NCBI GenBank assembly: GCA_965215605.1
Contig: OZ244070.1
Location: 64,001-128,000 of the forward strand
Source: an uncultured Candidatus Binatia bacterium
GTDB taxonomy: Bacteria > Desulfobacterota > Binatia > UBA9968 > JAJDTQ01
Direction: 5' to 3'
Length of the DNA stretch: 64,000 bases
The notes beneath the pieces are model-generated. The model saw nothing but the letters and a program-made list of their open reading frames with translations. It made no database searches and was not told where the DNA came from. Made by a program: the position numbers and the translations under genes. The stretch's first letter is position 1. Every line of letters starts with the position of its first letter. Shown here piece after piece: positions 37,587 through 48,742 of the stretch.

Positions 37587-38459
37587 GTGGACAACTGGCA
37601 CATCCCGCTGCTGGCTCTGGGAGCCGCCCTGTGCTTCTCCTCCGGCCAGATCTGCTCCCGTCTGGGCCTGAACCACGGCACTCCCACCAGCGCCATCTCC
37701 TTCTCGCTTTTCACCTCCACCGTCATCCTGCTGCTGGTGCTGGGGCCGCTGGCTTCCTGGGACAACGCGCTGCCGGCCGGGCTGCTGCTGTTTACCGGGG
37801 CCGGGATGCTGTCGCCCTTCTGCACCCAGATCCTGCTGTTCATCTCCGCCAACAAGGTCGGCATCTCCCGGGCCTCGCCGCTGCGCAACACGACGCCGCT
37901 CTTCGCCGGCGTGGTGGCGGTGTTGTGGCTGGGGGAAACCATGACCGTGGCCATCGCCTCCGGCACGCTGCTGATCATTATCGGCGCGACTCTGCTGGGC
38001 ATGAGGGATTCCGAGGCGAACACCCCGTACCAGCCCATCTACCTGCTGCTACCCGTTCTGGCGGCGTTTCTGGGCGGATTCTCGAGCCCCATGCGCAAAC
38101 TCGGCTACAGCATGGTCGACTCCGTGCCGCTGGCCATCTGCGTGGTGCAGGGAGCGGCCTTCGTGGCGCTGGTGCTCTATCTGCTGGCGACGGGGAAATA
38201 CCGGGAGCTGATCTTCCGGCGTGAGACAATCATGTGGTTCGGCCTGTCGGGGGTGCTCAACAGCGTGGCCGTGTCCTTGAACATGACCGCCCTGGAGATG
38301 GGAAACGTGGTCCTGGTCTCGCCCCTCATTTCCACCACCCCGCTCTTCACGGTGATCCTGAGCACCGTCTTTCTGCGCTCCTTCGAACGGGTGACGCTCA
38401 AGGTCCTCGCGGGGGCGGCGGCGATCTGCCTCGGAGGGATCGTGCTCACCGTGTTCTGA
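37587..38459 (+). CDS. DMT/EamA family transporter
   Basis: About 10 hydrophobic segments in two repeats; GISRASPL..TTPLF, LGE; VSPL.STTPLF. Confidence 0.88.
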   Translation: MDNWHIPLLALGAALCFSSGQICSRLGLNHGTPTSAISFSLFTSTVILLLVLGPLASWDNALPAGLLLFTGAGMLSPFCTQILLFISANKVGISRASPLRNTTPLFAGVVAVLWLGETMTVAIASGTLLIIIGATLLGMRDSEANTPYQPIYLLLPVLAAFLGGFSSPMRKLGYSMVDSVPLAICVVQGAAFVALVLYLLATGKYRELIFRRETIMWFGLSGVLNSVAVSLNMTALEMGNVVLVSPLISTTPLFTVILSTVFLRSFERVTLKVLAGAAAICLGGIVLTVF

Positions 38460-38488
38460 TGCGCGGGTGAACCGTATGGCGGCGCGGC

Positions 38489-39190
38489 CTACCCGAGCAG
38501 CTTGCCGAATCCGGGCAGCGACGGCTTCAGCCCCAGTCCCGTCAAGGCGTCCCATATCCACGCCTGAGTGTTGGTGATGACGGGCTTGCCCAGATCGGCC
38601 TCCAGCCGCTCGATGACGGAAGACACCCTCCACTTGTTGCAGGGCATGTAGATGCCGTCCACGTTGGGACACTCCTCCAGGACGGCGGCGGCGAGATCGT
38701 AGCCGGTCTCGGGCGGGAGCTCCCAGATCTCCTGGGTGTTGTCGTAGCCCAGGCCTCGGTTGGCGGCCACCTCGATGTTGTAGTGATCGAGGAACCGGAT
38801 GAGGTTCTCGTCCTGATCGTGTGGGAAAGGCGAAGCCATGACCACCCGGTACATGTCCAGGGACTTCAGCGCGCGCACCACCGCGGTGAGCACCGTCGAG
38901 GCCTTCACCGGCGTGATCTCCCGCACGGAATCCAGCACCAGCCGGTCCGAACCCGGACCGCGGTAGGAGAGGAACAACTCCCCCGTGATCATGAGGAAGT
39001 CCAGGGGATCCCTGGCGAGGTCACGGACGACGTCGGCGAAGTCCTCCTCCACCTTCGCGAAGGTCTCGTCCGCGAACGTGGTGACATGAAGCGGCCGGCC
39101 CTTTATCTCGACGCCTTCCGGCAGAATGCGATAGTACTCCTGAATGGTCGGATCATCCAGATTGGGTGAGATCAGACCCAAAGTCTTCAT
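38489..39190 (-). CDS. Arylmalonate decarboxylase/maleate isomerase family protein (Gly/Cys type)
   Basis: LGLISP, MITG, ASPF, GIYMPCNKW, LEADLGKPVITNTQA, GFGKLL. Confidence 0.82.
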   Translation of the reverse strand: MKTLGLISPNLDDPTIQEYYRILPEGVEIKGRPLHVTTFADETFAKVEEDFADVVRDLARDPLDFLMITGELFLSYRGPGSDRLVLDSVREITPVKASTVLTAVVRALKSLDMYRVVMASPFPHDQDENLIRFLDHYNIEVAANRGLGYDNTQEIWELPPETGYDLAAAVLEECPNVDGIYMPCNKWRVSSVIERLEADLGKPVITNTQAWIWDALTGLGLKPSLPGFGKLLG

Positions 39191-39459
39191 CAAATCCTCC
39201 AAACAGAAAAACCAGCGCATCCTCTCGGCGCGGTGCCTGCAAAGCACTCACCAAGCGGCGGCTGGTTCGTTCCGGATATGGTTTAGCCAATCATCTCGCT
39301 TGCGTTGCGGGGCCGGTGGAACACCGGTGGACCCGCACGGCCCGTTCGGCTGTAGGACGCCTACCAGAGCCGACTTTCGCTGTCAAGAACCCGCCCCCGG
39401 CTTGACTTTGACCGGCGGACCCATTTGAATCCATACCCGTCGCCACCCGCGGGTACCGG

Positions 39460-39870
39460 ATGAAACTGCTTACGTTCCTGGCCAAGAGCTTCCGCTGGAA
39501 GCCTTACGTCAAGGCCCTTGCCGAGGCTCCCGATCCACCCCGCGAGACCGCCGCGGTCACCGAGACCGTGGTGGTTTTCGTGGAAGTGGAGAAGGCCGAC
39601 AAGGACAACGTCTCGGTGCTCCGGCAGGCGCTGAAGCACATCAAGTGGCTGGCCGGGAAGAAGCGGATGACCAACGTCGTGCTCCATTCCTTCGCCCATC
39701 TCGGCGGCGAAAGCGCCGCCCCCGACGGCGCCCAACGGTTGATCGAGGAAGTGGCGGGGCGCTTGCGCCGCTCGGGGTACCAGGTCTGGACAACCCCTTT
39801 CGGCTACTTCTGCGAGTGGGACATCCGCGTGCACGGCGACAGCCTGGCGAAGGTCTGGAAGGAAATCTAG
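39460..39870 (+). CDS. Free-standing threonyl-tRNA synthetase editing domain (tRNA-Thr_ED, DTD-like fold)
   Basis: MKLL, VVFVEVE..D, VVLHSFAHL, TPFGYF, HG.SLAK. Confidence 0.85.
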   Translation: MKLLTFLAKSFRWKPYVKALAEAPDPPRETAAVTETVVVFVEVEKADKDNVSVLRQALKHIKWLAGKKRMTNVVLHSFAHLGGESAAPDGAQRLIEEVAGRLRRSGYQVWTTPFGYFCEWDIRVHGDSLAKVWKEI

Positions 39871-39893
39871 TGTCCTGACAACGAGGTGGAACC

Positions 39894-42116
39894 ATGGCGG
39901 CAAACAGGATCGTGGGAGCTCCGGCGACGCGGGGCGAGGGTGAGGACAAGGTCTCCGGGCGGGCCCGCTACGCGGCGGACATGGCGGTGCCCGGCATGCT
40001 CTGGTGCAAGGTGCTCCGGAGTCCCATCGCCCACGGACGCATCAAAGCCGTCGACACCGGCAAGGCCCTAGCCGTGCCCGGCGTGCGGGCCGTGCTGACC
40101 GGGGCCGACCTCCCGGGCGCGCGCATCGGCAAGAAGATCATCGACATGCCGCTGCTGGCGGACGGAGTGGTGCGCTACATCGGCGAGAAGGTGGCGGCGG
40201 TGGCCGCCGACAGCGAAGCCGCGGCCGAGGCCGCCACGGCGCTCCTCGACGTGGAATACGAAGAACTGGAGGCGGTGGTGGATCCAGTGGAAGCCGCCAG
40301 GCCGACGGCGCCGCTGATCCATCCGGAGGTGACCACCTACCCCGGGCTGCTGCACCGGATGGACGCGCCCGGCAACGTCTTCGTCCGGCTCGAATGGCGC
40401 AAGGGAGACGTGGACGCGGCCTTCGCGGAGGCCGATCTGTTGGTGGAGAACACCTTCACGACGCCGATGCAGCACCACGGCTACATCGAGCCCCACTGCT
40501 GCATCGTGGCAGCCAAGGGCGAAGGCGCGGACGTGTGGGCGTCGACCAAGAGCCTCTTCGCCCTGCGCGACCACATGGCCGGCGCCCTGGGCATTCCGGC
40601 CCACAAGATCGTCGCCCATCCCGGCTACATCGGCGGGGACTTCGGCGGCAAAGGCGACGCCAACGACATCGCCCTCTGCTACGCGCTTTCCAGGAGCACC
40701 GGGCGCCCGGTCAAGTATCTGATGGACTACGCCGAGGAGTTGATCGCGGGAAACCCGCGTCACGCCTCGTTCACCACCGTCAAGACCGGCGTCAAGAAGA
40801 ACGGCCTCATCGTCGCCCAGCACATGCACCTGCTGTTCGACAGCGGCGCCTACGGTTCGTACCGCCCCCAGGGCTATCTGGTGGGCGCCCACAGCTCCGG
40901 AGGCCCGTACAAGATCGCCCACTTCCTGCTGGAGGAGAGCTACGTCTACACCAACAAGGTGCCGTGCGGTTACATGCGCGCCCCGGGCCACCCGCAGGGG
41001 TTCTTCGCCAACGAGAGCCAGCTCGACCTGGTGGCGCGCCAACTGGGCATGGACCCCGTCGAGCTGCGCCGCCTCAACTTCGTGCACGACGGCGACCTCG
41101 ACCCCGTCGGCGACCCCGTGGCGCACATCCAGCCGGACGAGACCCTGGACAGCGCCATCCGCGCCTCGGGCTTCCGCACGCCGAAGGAGAAGAACGTGGG
41201 ACGCGGCATCGCCGTGGCTCAGTGGATGTCCAAGGGCGGCGAGTCCTACGTCGATCTCCGGGTGGAAGCCGACGGCACCGCGACCCTCGGAGCATCGCTG
41301 GTGGACGTCGGCCCCGGCGCCTACACGATGATGCAGCAGGTGGTGGCCCAGGAGCTGGACCTGCCGCTGGAGGACGTGCACTTCGAGACCGTGGACACCA
41401 CCCGCGTGCTCAGGGACACCGGGGTTCGGGGCAGCAGCAGCACCCGCGTTCACGGAAACACCGCCCTCGATGCCGCGGACAAGGCACGTGCCGCGCTGCT
41501 GGCCGTCGCCGCCGAGCGCATGGGCGTTGCCGCTGGCGAGTTGGCGATCGTGAGCGGCGGCATCACCCATCTGCGCTCCGAAAGACGCATGACCTTCGCC
41601 GAGTTGGTGGCGGCCGCGGGCGGGCCGGTGGCCGTGACCGGCCACTACGCCAACCCCTCGGACGGTCCCGAGACCTCCATGGTGGCGCAGGTGGCCGAGG
41701 TGGAGGTGGATCCGGAAACGGGCCAGTACGAGGTGCGCCGGCTAACCACCGCCCACAACACCGGCACGGTGCTGAACCCCCTGGGCCATCAGGGACAGAT
41801 CGACGGCGCCGTGGTCATGGGACTGGGGTTCGCCCGATCCGAGGACATCGTGACCGACGCCGGCAAGGTGATGACGGCCAATCTCGGAGACTACAAGCTG
41901 CCGAATATCAAGGACATTCCGCGGTTGCGGACGGAAGTCACCGAAGCGCCGGTGGGCAGCGGGCCGTACGGCAGCATGAGCATCGGCGAAACCGCCGTCA
42001 TTCCCACCGCCGCGGCCGTGGCCAACGCGGTGCATGACGCCGTGGGCGTGCGGGTCAACACCCTGCCCGTCACCGCGGAGAAGGTCCACGAGGCCATCCA
42101 GGCCAGGCGCGGGTAG
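39894..42116 (+). CDS. Xanthine dehydrogenase family molybdopterin-binding large subunit
   Basis: KVSGRARYAAD, RSPIAHG, IGGDFGGK, YMRAPG, GQIDG, SIGE. Confidence 0.93.
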   Translation: MAANRIVGAPATRGEGEDKVSGRARYAADMAVPGMLWCKVLRSPIAHGRIKAVDTGKALAVPGVRAVLTGADLPGARIGKKIIDMPLLADGVVRYIGEKVAAVAADSEAAAEAATALLDVEYEELEAVVDPVEAARPTAPLIHPEVTTYPGLLHRMDAPGNVFVRLEWRKGDVDAAFAEADLLVENTFTTPMQHHGYIEPHCCIVAAKGEGADVWASTKSLFALRDHMAGALGIPAHKIVAHPGYIGGDFGGKGDANDIALCYALSRSTGRPVKYLMDYAEELIAGNPRHASFTTVKTGVKKNGLIVAQHMHLLFDSGAYGSYRPQGYLVGAHSSGGPYKIAHFLLEESYVYTNKVPCGYMRAPGHPQGFFANESQLDLVARQLGMDPVELRRLNFVHDGDLDPVGDPVAHIQPDETLDSAIRASGFRTPKEKNVGRGIAVAQWMSKGGESYVDLRVEADGTATLGASLVDVGPGAYTMMQQVVAQELDLPLEDVHFETVDTTRVLRDTGVRGSSSTRVHGNTALDAADKARAALLAVAAERMGVAAGELAIVSGGITHLRSERRMTFAELVAAAGGPVAVTGHYANPSDGPETSMVAQVAEVEVDPETGQYEVRRLTTAHNTGTVLNPLGHQGQIDGAVVMGLGFARSEDIVTDAGKVMTANLGDYKLPNIKDIPRLRTEVTEAPVGSGPYGSMSIGETAVIPTAAAVANAVHDAVGVRVNTLPVTAEKVHEAIQARRG

Positions 42117-42257
42117 GAGTCCGGCGGCCCGATCCGGTGTCCTGTCCGGGGGCTGAGCGCCGGCGGAAACTTGACGGGCACCCTGCCCGCTGTTATCTGA
42201 AAGAGACGGATTGCACCGCCGCCATCAGGCGATGCGGCCCCCACATGCAAGACATGA

Positions 42258-43603
<1,346 letters not shown>

Positions 43604-43700
43604 GGACAGCCACCCCAAGCCGACCGGCCGATGGGGTCCCGCGGACCCGTCCCGTTTGACAACGAAACGCTTACCGGTTATTGCTCATGGGCACCACCGC

Positions 43701-44072
43701 ATGATTCCAGCCAAAGACAACAAGGGAACGCCCGAGACCAAGGCCGGGAAGGCCGCTCGCAGCACAAAGCTCAAGCCACGGCCGAAAGGCGCCGCCAACG
43801 ATTCCCGCACCGACGACGTCGAGGATCAGGATCTCCCGGGCGACGCCACCGGGCGGCTGAAGATCAAGCGACAGTACCAAGACCTCCTGGGGATCCGCGT
43901 CGAGAAGCTCAAGGGGCGTGTGCTCAACCGGGAGAAGATCAACAAGACCATCGAGGGCATCTACTACATCTGCCTCGAGTGCAAGAGAATCTGCCACAAC
44001 CTGGACGAAGGCCTGGTCCAGGACCCCGAGACCAAGATCTGCTACTGTGAGACTTGCCGCAAGAAGAAGTGA
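43701..44072 (+). CDS. Hypothetical protein with C-terminal Cys4 zinc finger
   Basis: CLEC...CETC; GC3-rich codons in the C-terminal half. Confidence 0.65.
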   Translation: MIPAKDNKGTPETKAGKAARSTKLKPRPKGAANDSRTDDVEDQDLPGDATGRLKIKRQYQDLLGIRVEKLKGRVLNREKINKTIEGIYYICLECKRICHNLDEGLVQDPETKICYCETCRKKK

Positions 44073-44122
44073 TTGCCGGTGCCGACGGGCGGCGCGAGCG
44101 CGGGCGGGTTTGAAAACCGCCC

Positions 44123-44971
44123 CTACACGCCTTCTTCCCGCGGCACAGGTTGCTCGAGGGGCTCGACCCGCCGGGCGGTGGTGACGAAGCCGGTGTGGGC
44201 CACCATCCGGTGCTGCGGCCGGACGCTCATTTCCTTGACGTGCCAGTAACGCACCAGCGTCTCCATGGTGTCGATGCAGGCGAACCCGCCGTGCTCCTTC
44301 AACGAGTCGACGAATCCCTTCACCTGAAGCACCGTGGGCACGTAGCCCATGAACACCCCGCCGGGCCTGAGCGCCCGCCACGCGAGATCGGTCTGCCGCC
44401 AGGGCTCCGGAAGATCGAGAAAGATCCGGTCGACGGTGAGGTCGCGGAGGCCTTCGGTGACGTCCCCCACCTCCAGCGTCCATTGGGGCGCCGCGCCGTA
44501 ATAGCGGGCGACGTTGCGTTCCGCCGCCCGCGCATGCTCCTCCCGGATCTCGAAGGAGATGACCCGCCCCTCCGGCCCCACGGCCCGCAGGAGCGCCAGC
44601 GTAAGCGCCCCGGGACCGACCCCGGCCTCCACCACCGTGGCGCCCGGATAGACATCCCCCCACATGAGGATCAGCGCCAGATCCTTGGGATAGATCACCT
44701 GGGCCTTGCGCGGCAGGTTCGGGATCAGGCGCTCGAGGGTGGGACGCAGCACCACGAACCGCTCCTTGTGCGAAGACCGTACGCTGACGCCGTCCGGCTT
44801 GCCCAGGAGGTCGTCCACCGCGATGGTCCCGCCCCGGATGGAGATGGTCTCGCCGGCCCGAAGCGTCTTCAGGTACTCCCGGTCCTTGCGGTCGAAGAGA
44901 ACCACCGAGTCGCCGTCCCGAAGGGGCTCGCCGGTGGCGCCAAGGCCATTGAACGTGGTTGAGGTGGAAAT
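44123..44971 (-). CDS. trmI: tRNA (adenine(58)-N1)-methyltransferase; start upstream of 44905, possibly ATT 44971
   Basis: PRKAQVIYPKD, VVEAGVGPGALT, FLDLPEPW, VRPQHRMVAHTGF. Confidence 0.88.
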   Translation of the reverse strand: MSTSTTFNGLGATGEPLRDGDSVVLFDRKDREYLKTLRAGETISIRGGTIAVDDLLGKPDGVSVRSSHKERFVVLRPTLERLIPNLPRKAQVIYPKDLALILMWGDVYPGATVVEAGVGPGALTLALLRAVGPEGRVISFEIREEHARAAERNVARYYGAAPQWTLEVGDVTEGLRDLTVDRIFLDLPEPWRQTDLAWRALRPGGVFMGYVPTVLQVKGFVDSLKEHGGFACIDTMETLVRYWHVKEMSVRPQHRMVAHTGFVTTARRVEPLEQPVPREEGV

Positions 44972-44991
44972 GGCGCCCTCCCCGGGTCCGA

Positions 44992-46176
44992 TCAGGAGTT
45001 GGCGGCCTTCGACTTCCCGGCGGCATGCCAGATCGTCACGAGCACGGTGAAAAACAGCATCGGCATGGCGCCGATATTCACCCAGTTCCAGCCCAGGAAA
45101 TGGATGAACGCGCCGGATGACAGCGAGCCGACGGCGACCACCGTGTAGATGATCTGATTCATCATGCCCTGCGTCTTGTTGCGTTCGGCCGGGCTGTAGG
45201 CCGTTGTCATCAGGGTGGTCGCGGCCGTATAGGTGAAATTCCAGCCAAGCCCGAGCAAGACCATCGCCAGCCAGAAATTGAGGACCTCGATGCCCAACAG
45301 GGCCACGCCGATACAGGCGCCCTGGAGGGCGAGTCCGGTCAAGATGATCGGTATCTCCCCGAACCGCTTCACCAGCGAACCGGTAAAGAAGCCGGGCGCG
45401 AACATCGACACCGAGTGCGACGAGATCACGGCGGCCACCGAGCCGAAGGCGTGGCCGCCGTGCGCGATCATGGCCACCGGCGTTGCCGTCATCAGAAAGT
45501 TCATCACGGTTTGAGCAACCGTCGCCGAGACGGCGGCGACAATGAACACCGGCTGCTTGACGATTTCCAGCAACGGCCGTTGCGCGCCTTCCAATTGCTC
45601 CTTGGTCAGGTTCGGGATGTTGAGGAACATCAGCGTGATCGCCCCCAGCAGCCCGGTCCCGACCATGAACAGGAATGCGCCGGCAAAAAGGTGGCTTTCC
45701 AGGAGCCCTTTGCCCCAGTTCGCCAGATTGGGGCCCGCGAACCCGGCAAAAACGCCGCCGGCGAGCACCAGGGAAATGGCCTTGGGGCGGAACTCCTTCG
45801 AGGCGGCGTCCGCGACCGCGAATCGGTAGAGTTGGGAAAAACTGGAAAACAACCCGTACAGAAAGCCGCCCAGCGCAAGCAGCCAGAAGTTCCCGTAGAT
45901 GACGGCGGCGGTACAGGATACCCCGCTGGCCGCGGCCAGGACGGTGCCGCAGAGGAAACCGATCTTCCGTCCGAACCGGCGCGTGAACAGCGAGGTAGGC
46001 ATGGCGGCCAGGGCGGCGCCGACGACGATGAGCCCGGTGGGCAAGGTGACGAGCGCCGGGTGCGGTGTAATCAGAAGCGCGACAGCGGGAGATGTCACCA
46101 TGAAGAGGCCGCGCCCCGTGCCGGAGAGCATTTGGCAGGTTCCGAGGACCAGGACGTTCTTATGATCGGATTGCAT
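44992..46176 (-). CDS. MFS transporter
   Basis: About 12 TM segments; RRFGRK.GF, YRFA.AD, AIS.VLAGG, H..SMFAP, GLGWNF. Confidence 0.9.
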   Translation of the reverse strand: MQSDHKNVLVLGTCQMLSGTGRGLFMVTSPAVALLITPHPALVTLPTGLIVVGAALAAMPTSLFTRRFGRKIGFLCGTVLAAASGVSCTAAVIYGNFWLLALGGFLYGLFSSFSQLYRFAVADAASKEFRPKAISLVLAGGVFAGFAGPNLANWGKGLLESHLFAGAFLFMVGTGLLGAITLMFLNIPNLTKEQLEGAQRPLLEIVKQPVFIVAAVSATVAQTVMNFLMTATPVAMIAHGGHAFGSVAAVISSHSVSMFAPGFFTGSLVKRFGEIPIILTGLALQGACIGVALLGIEVLNFWLAMVLLGLGWNFTYTAATTLMTTAYSPAERNKTQGMMNQIIYTVVAVGSLSSGAFIHFLGWNWVNIGAMPMLFFTVLVTIWHAAGKSKAANS

Positions 46177-46264
46177 GGCTTTCCCTGTCCCGGAGAAGCG
46201 GTCGTCTGCGGCGGCTCGCAAGCCAAGGGCGTACCTGAAATGTCCGTGATATCGACAAGATGGC

Positions 46265-46357
46265 TGGCGGAGAGGAGGGGATTCGAACCCCTGGTACCCT
46301 TTTGAGGTACACACGATTTCCAGTCGTGCACCTTAAGCCAGACTCGGTCACCTCTCC
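46265..46357 (-). tRNA. tRNA-Ser (anticodon GGA)
   Basis: GGAGAGG acceptor stem, CACGA-CTGGAAA-TCGTG anticodon arm, long variable arm GTACC..GGTAC, GGTTCGAATCC T-loop, encoded CCA. Confidence 0.97.
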
Positions 46358-46526
46358 GGCGTGGGTCGGGAAACGGTTTGAGCACGTCCACCCGTCTCCG
46401 CAAGAGCGAATCCCGCGAAAACGATCCTCCCCGAGTTTCTAGCATTACAGCGAGAAATTGGCGACTCCGCGTGACGCCGGAGAGATACTGCCGCTGGAGA
46501 GCCGGTGAATCTTCGACGTTGGCCGT

Positions 46527-47513
46527 TCAAGTCGCTATGTCCCTGGCCCAGTCGCGGTTGCGGCGGTACCAGTCCACCAGCTCCCCCACGCCGGTGGCGA
46601 AATCCGTATCGGGCTGCCAGCCGAGCAGCCTCCGGGCCTTGGCGATGTCGGCCCAGGTGGCATCGACGTCCGCCGGGTGCCGCTCCTGATGCCGAATGGC
46701 CGCCCGGCGGCCGACGAGTTGCTCGATCAGCCGGATGGCGTCGTTGAGGACGATGGGTTCGTCGGAGCCCAGGTTGACGACTTCGTGGCCGGAGCCGGCC
46801 GTGAGCGCGGCCACGACGCCGTTGGCGACGTCGTCGACGTAGGTGAAGTCCCGCTGCTGGCTGCCGTCGCCGAAGACCGTCACCTCCCGGCCCTCGCTGA
46901 TCCACTGGACGAACCGGAAAAGGCTCATGTCGGGCCGGCCCGCCGGCCCGTAGACGGTGAAGAAACGGAGCACCGTCACGTCGAGGCCGTGGAGGGCATG
47001 ATAGCTGTAGCTCATGGCCTCGGCGGCCTTCTTCGAGGCGGCATAGGGCGACAGCGGCCTGTCGGTGTCGGCGTCCTCCCGGAAGGGACGGGGGTTGTGC
47101 TGGCCGTAGAGGCTCGAGGTGGAAGCGAGCACAAACCGGCCGATCTCCAGTTCCCGGCACAGCTCGAGCAGGTTCAGGTTGCCGGTCACGTTGGTGTCCA
47201 GGTAGACCCACGGGTCCGCCACCGAGTTGCGCACCCCGGCCCGGGCGGCCAGATTGATCATGGCGTCCACCCTGCCCCTCCCCGCCGTCGACCGACCGAA
47301 GGACCTCAGAGCCTCCCGGTCGCCGATGTCCAGGCGGGTGAACGTGAACCCGGACCGCTTCCGGAGTTGCGCCAGACGCCAGTCCTTGAGGCGCATGTCA
47401 TAGGCTTCGTTGACGTTGTCGACGCCGATGACGGCAAGGCCGCCGGCAAGGAGCTTCTCGCACACCTTCCAGCCGATGAAGCCGCAGGCTCCGGTAACGA
47501 GGATGGTGCTCAT
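46527..47513 (-). CDS. NAD-dependent epimerase (UDP-glucuronate 4-epimerase-like)
   Basis: TGACGFIG, LAARAGVR, ASTSSLYG, YAASKK, FFTVYGPAGRPDM. Confidence 0.9.
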   Translation of the reverse strand: MSTILVTGACGFIGWKVCEKLLAGGLAVIGVDNVNEAYDMRLKDWRLAQLRKRSGFTFTRLDIGDREALRSFGRSTAGRGRVDAMINLAARAGVRNSVADPWVYLDTNVTGNLNLLELCRELEIGRFVLASTSSLYGQHNPRPFREDADTDRPLSPYAASKKAAEAMSYSYHALHGLDVTVLRFFTVYGPAGRPDMSLFRFVQWISEGREVTVFGDGSQQRDFTYVDDVANGVVAALTAGSGHEVVNLGSDEPIVLNDAIRLIEQLVGRRAAIRHQERHPADVDATWADIAKARRLLGWQPDTDFATGVGELVDWYRRNRDWARDIAT

Positions 47514-47717
47514 GAAGTCGAACGCCGGGATGACGGATTGGTCGTCATTTGGTCGGTGGGGCGACCCGTGGCGGTCGCTGACGGGAGGGGGCGGCCCGCT
47601 TGAATATTGGTGACGCTATTGTTAGTCGGAACCACGTTCACAAGTCAAGGAAGCCGGCGAACGGCGGCCCACGATCCCCGGGTCGTTCCCCCGCGCGCGG
47701 GCGTTCCTGCCGCGACC

Positions 47718-48179
47718 ATGAAAATCCTGCTCCAGAGAGTCGAACGCGCCGAGGTGAGCGTGGACGGCGAGACGGTCTCCGCCATCGGGCCGGGTCTGTG
47801 CGTGTTTCTCGGGGTCGGCAAGGGAGATTCGGAGAAGGACGGGGCGTTCCTGGCGGACAAGCTCCTCAACCTCCGCATCTTCTCCGACGAGTCCGGCAAG
47901 TTCAGCCGTTCCGTCACGGACACCCGGGGCGACATCCTGGTGGTTTCCCAGTTCACCCTGTACGGCGATACCCGCAAGGGGCGGCGTCCCTCGATGACGG
48001 ACGCGGCAGCCCCGGTAGAAGCGGAACGGCTCTACCGGGACTTCGTGGATCGGCTGACCCTGCCCGGCGGGCCGAGGATATGCACCGGCACTTTCCAGGC
48101 CGCCATGAAGGTGTCGCTGGTGAACGACGGGCCGGTCACCTTCCTGGTCGACAGCGCCGAACCGCGAAAAAAACCATGA
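47718..48179 (+). CDS. dtd: D-aminoacyl-tRNA deacylase
   Basis: MKILLQRV, LRIF, VSQFTL, NDGPVT. Confidence 0.95.
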   Translation: MKILLQRVERAEVSVDGETVSAIGPGLCVFLGVGKGDSEKDGAFLADKLLNLRIFSDESGKFSRSVTDTRGDILVVSQFTLYGDTRKGRRPSMTDAAAPVEAERLYRDFVDRLTLPGGPRICTGTFQAAMKVSLVNDGPVTFLVDSAEPRKKP

Positions 48180-48195
48180 AACGCAGCGGAACGCC

Positions 48196-48648
48196 ATGAA
48201 CGTCGTGCTCTTCGAACCTGAGATCCCGCCCAACACCGGCTCGGTGGCGCGGCTTTGCGCCGCGACCCGGACCCGGCTGCACCTCATCGAGCCGTTGGGC
48301 TTCGAGATCGACGACAGGCACCTCAAGCGGGCCGGCCTCGACTACTGGCCCCACGTGGACCTCCGGGTGCACGGCTCGTGGGAGGAGTTCACCGGCCGTA
48401 ACCGCCGGGCACGCATGCGCTATTTCTCCAAAAAAGCCGTAACATCGTATACTTCGGCCCAGTTCGACGAGGATGATTTCCTCGTGTTCGGACCCGAAAC
48501 CCGGGGCCTGCCGGAGAGCCTGCTCCACGCCAACGAGTCCGACAGCTACGTCATTCCCATGATGAACGCCGCCGTCCGCAGCCTCAACCTCGCCAATGCC
48601 GTATCCATCGTGCTCTACGAGGGCCTTCGTCAGCTCGGAAGGGTCTAA
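48196..48648 (+). CDS. trmL: tRNA (cytidine/uridine(34)-2'-O)-methyltransferase
   Basis: PEIPPNTG, RAGLDYW, FGPETRGLP, RSLNLANAV. Confidence 0.95.
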   Translation: MNVVLFEPEIPPNTGSVARLCAATRTRLHLIEPLGFEIDDRHLKRAGLDYWPHVDLRVHGSWEEFTGRNRRARMRYFSKKAVTSYTSAQFDEDDFLVFGPETRGLPESLLHANESDSYVIPMMNAAVRSLNLANAVSIVLYEGLRQLGRV

Positions 48649-48742
48649 AACGAGCCCTTCCCGCCCGTGGGATTGACTGACGCGCTGGACGTGCTTAATT
48701 ATACGTGATCATATTTCGACCAAATTTCGGAGGGTTTTATCT

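Noticed and set aside
39894-42116. Aerobic CO dehydrogenase (coxL)
   Set aside because: Lacks the AYxCSFR (form I) and AYRGAGR (form II) loops; it is a generic xanthine-dehydrogenase-family subunit
44992-46265. Genomic island integrated at the tRNA-Ser 3' end
   Set aside because: No integrase and no duplicated tRNA 3' end found by eye; the downstream MFS is followed directly by housekeeping trmI
46265-46357. tRNA with a long variable arm as a possible tRNA-Sec supporting the selenoprotein
   Set aside because: The anticodon is GGA and the acceptor stem is a normal 7 bp, so it is tRNA-Ser
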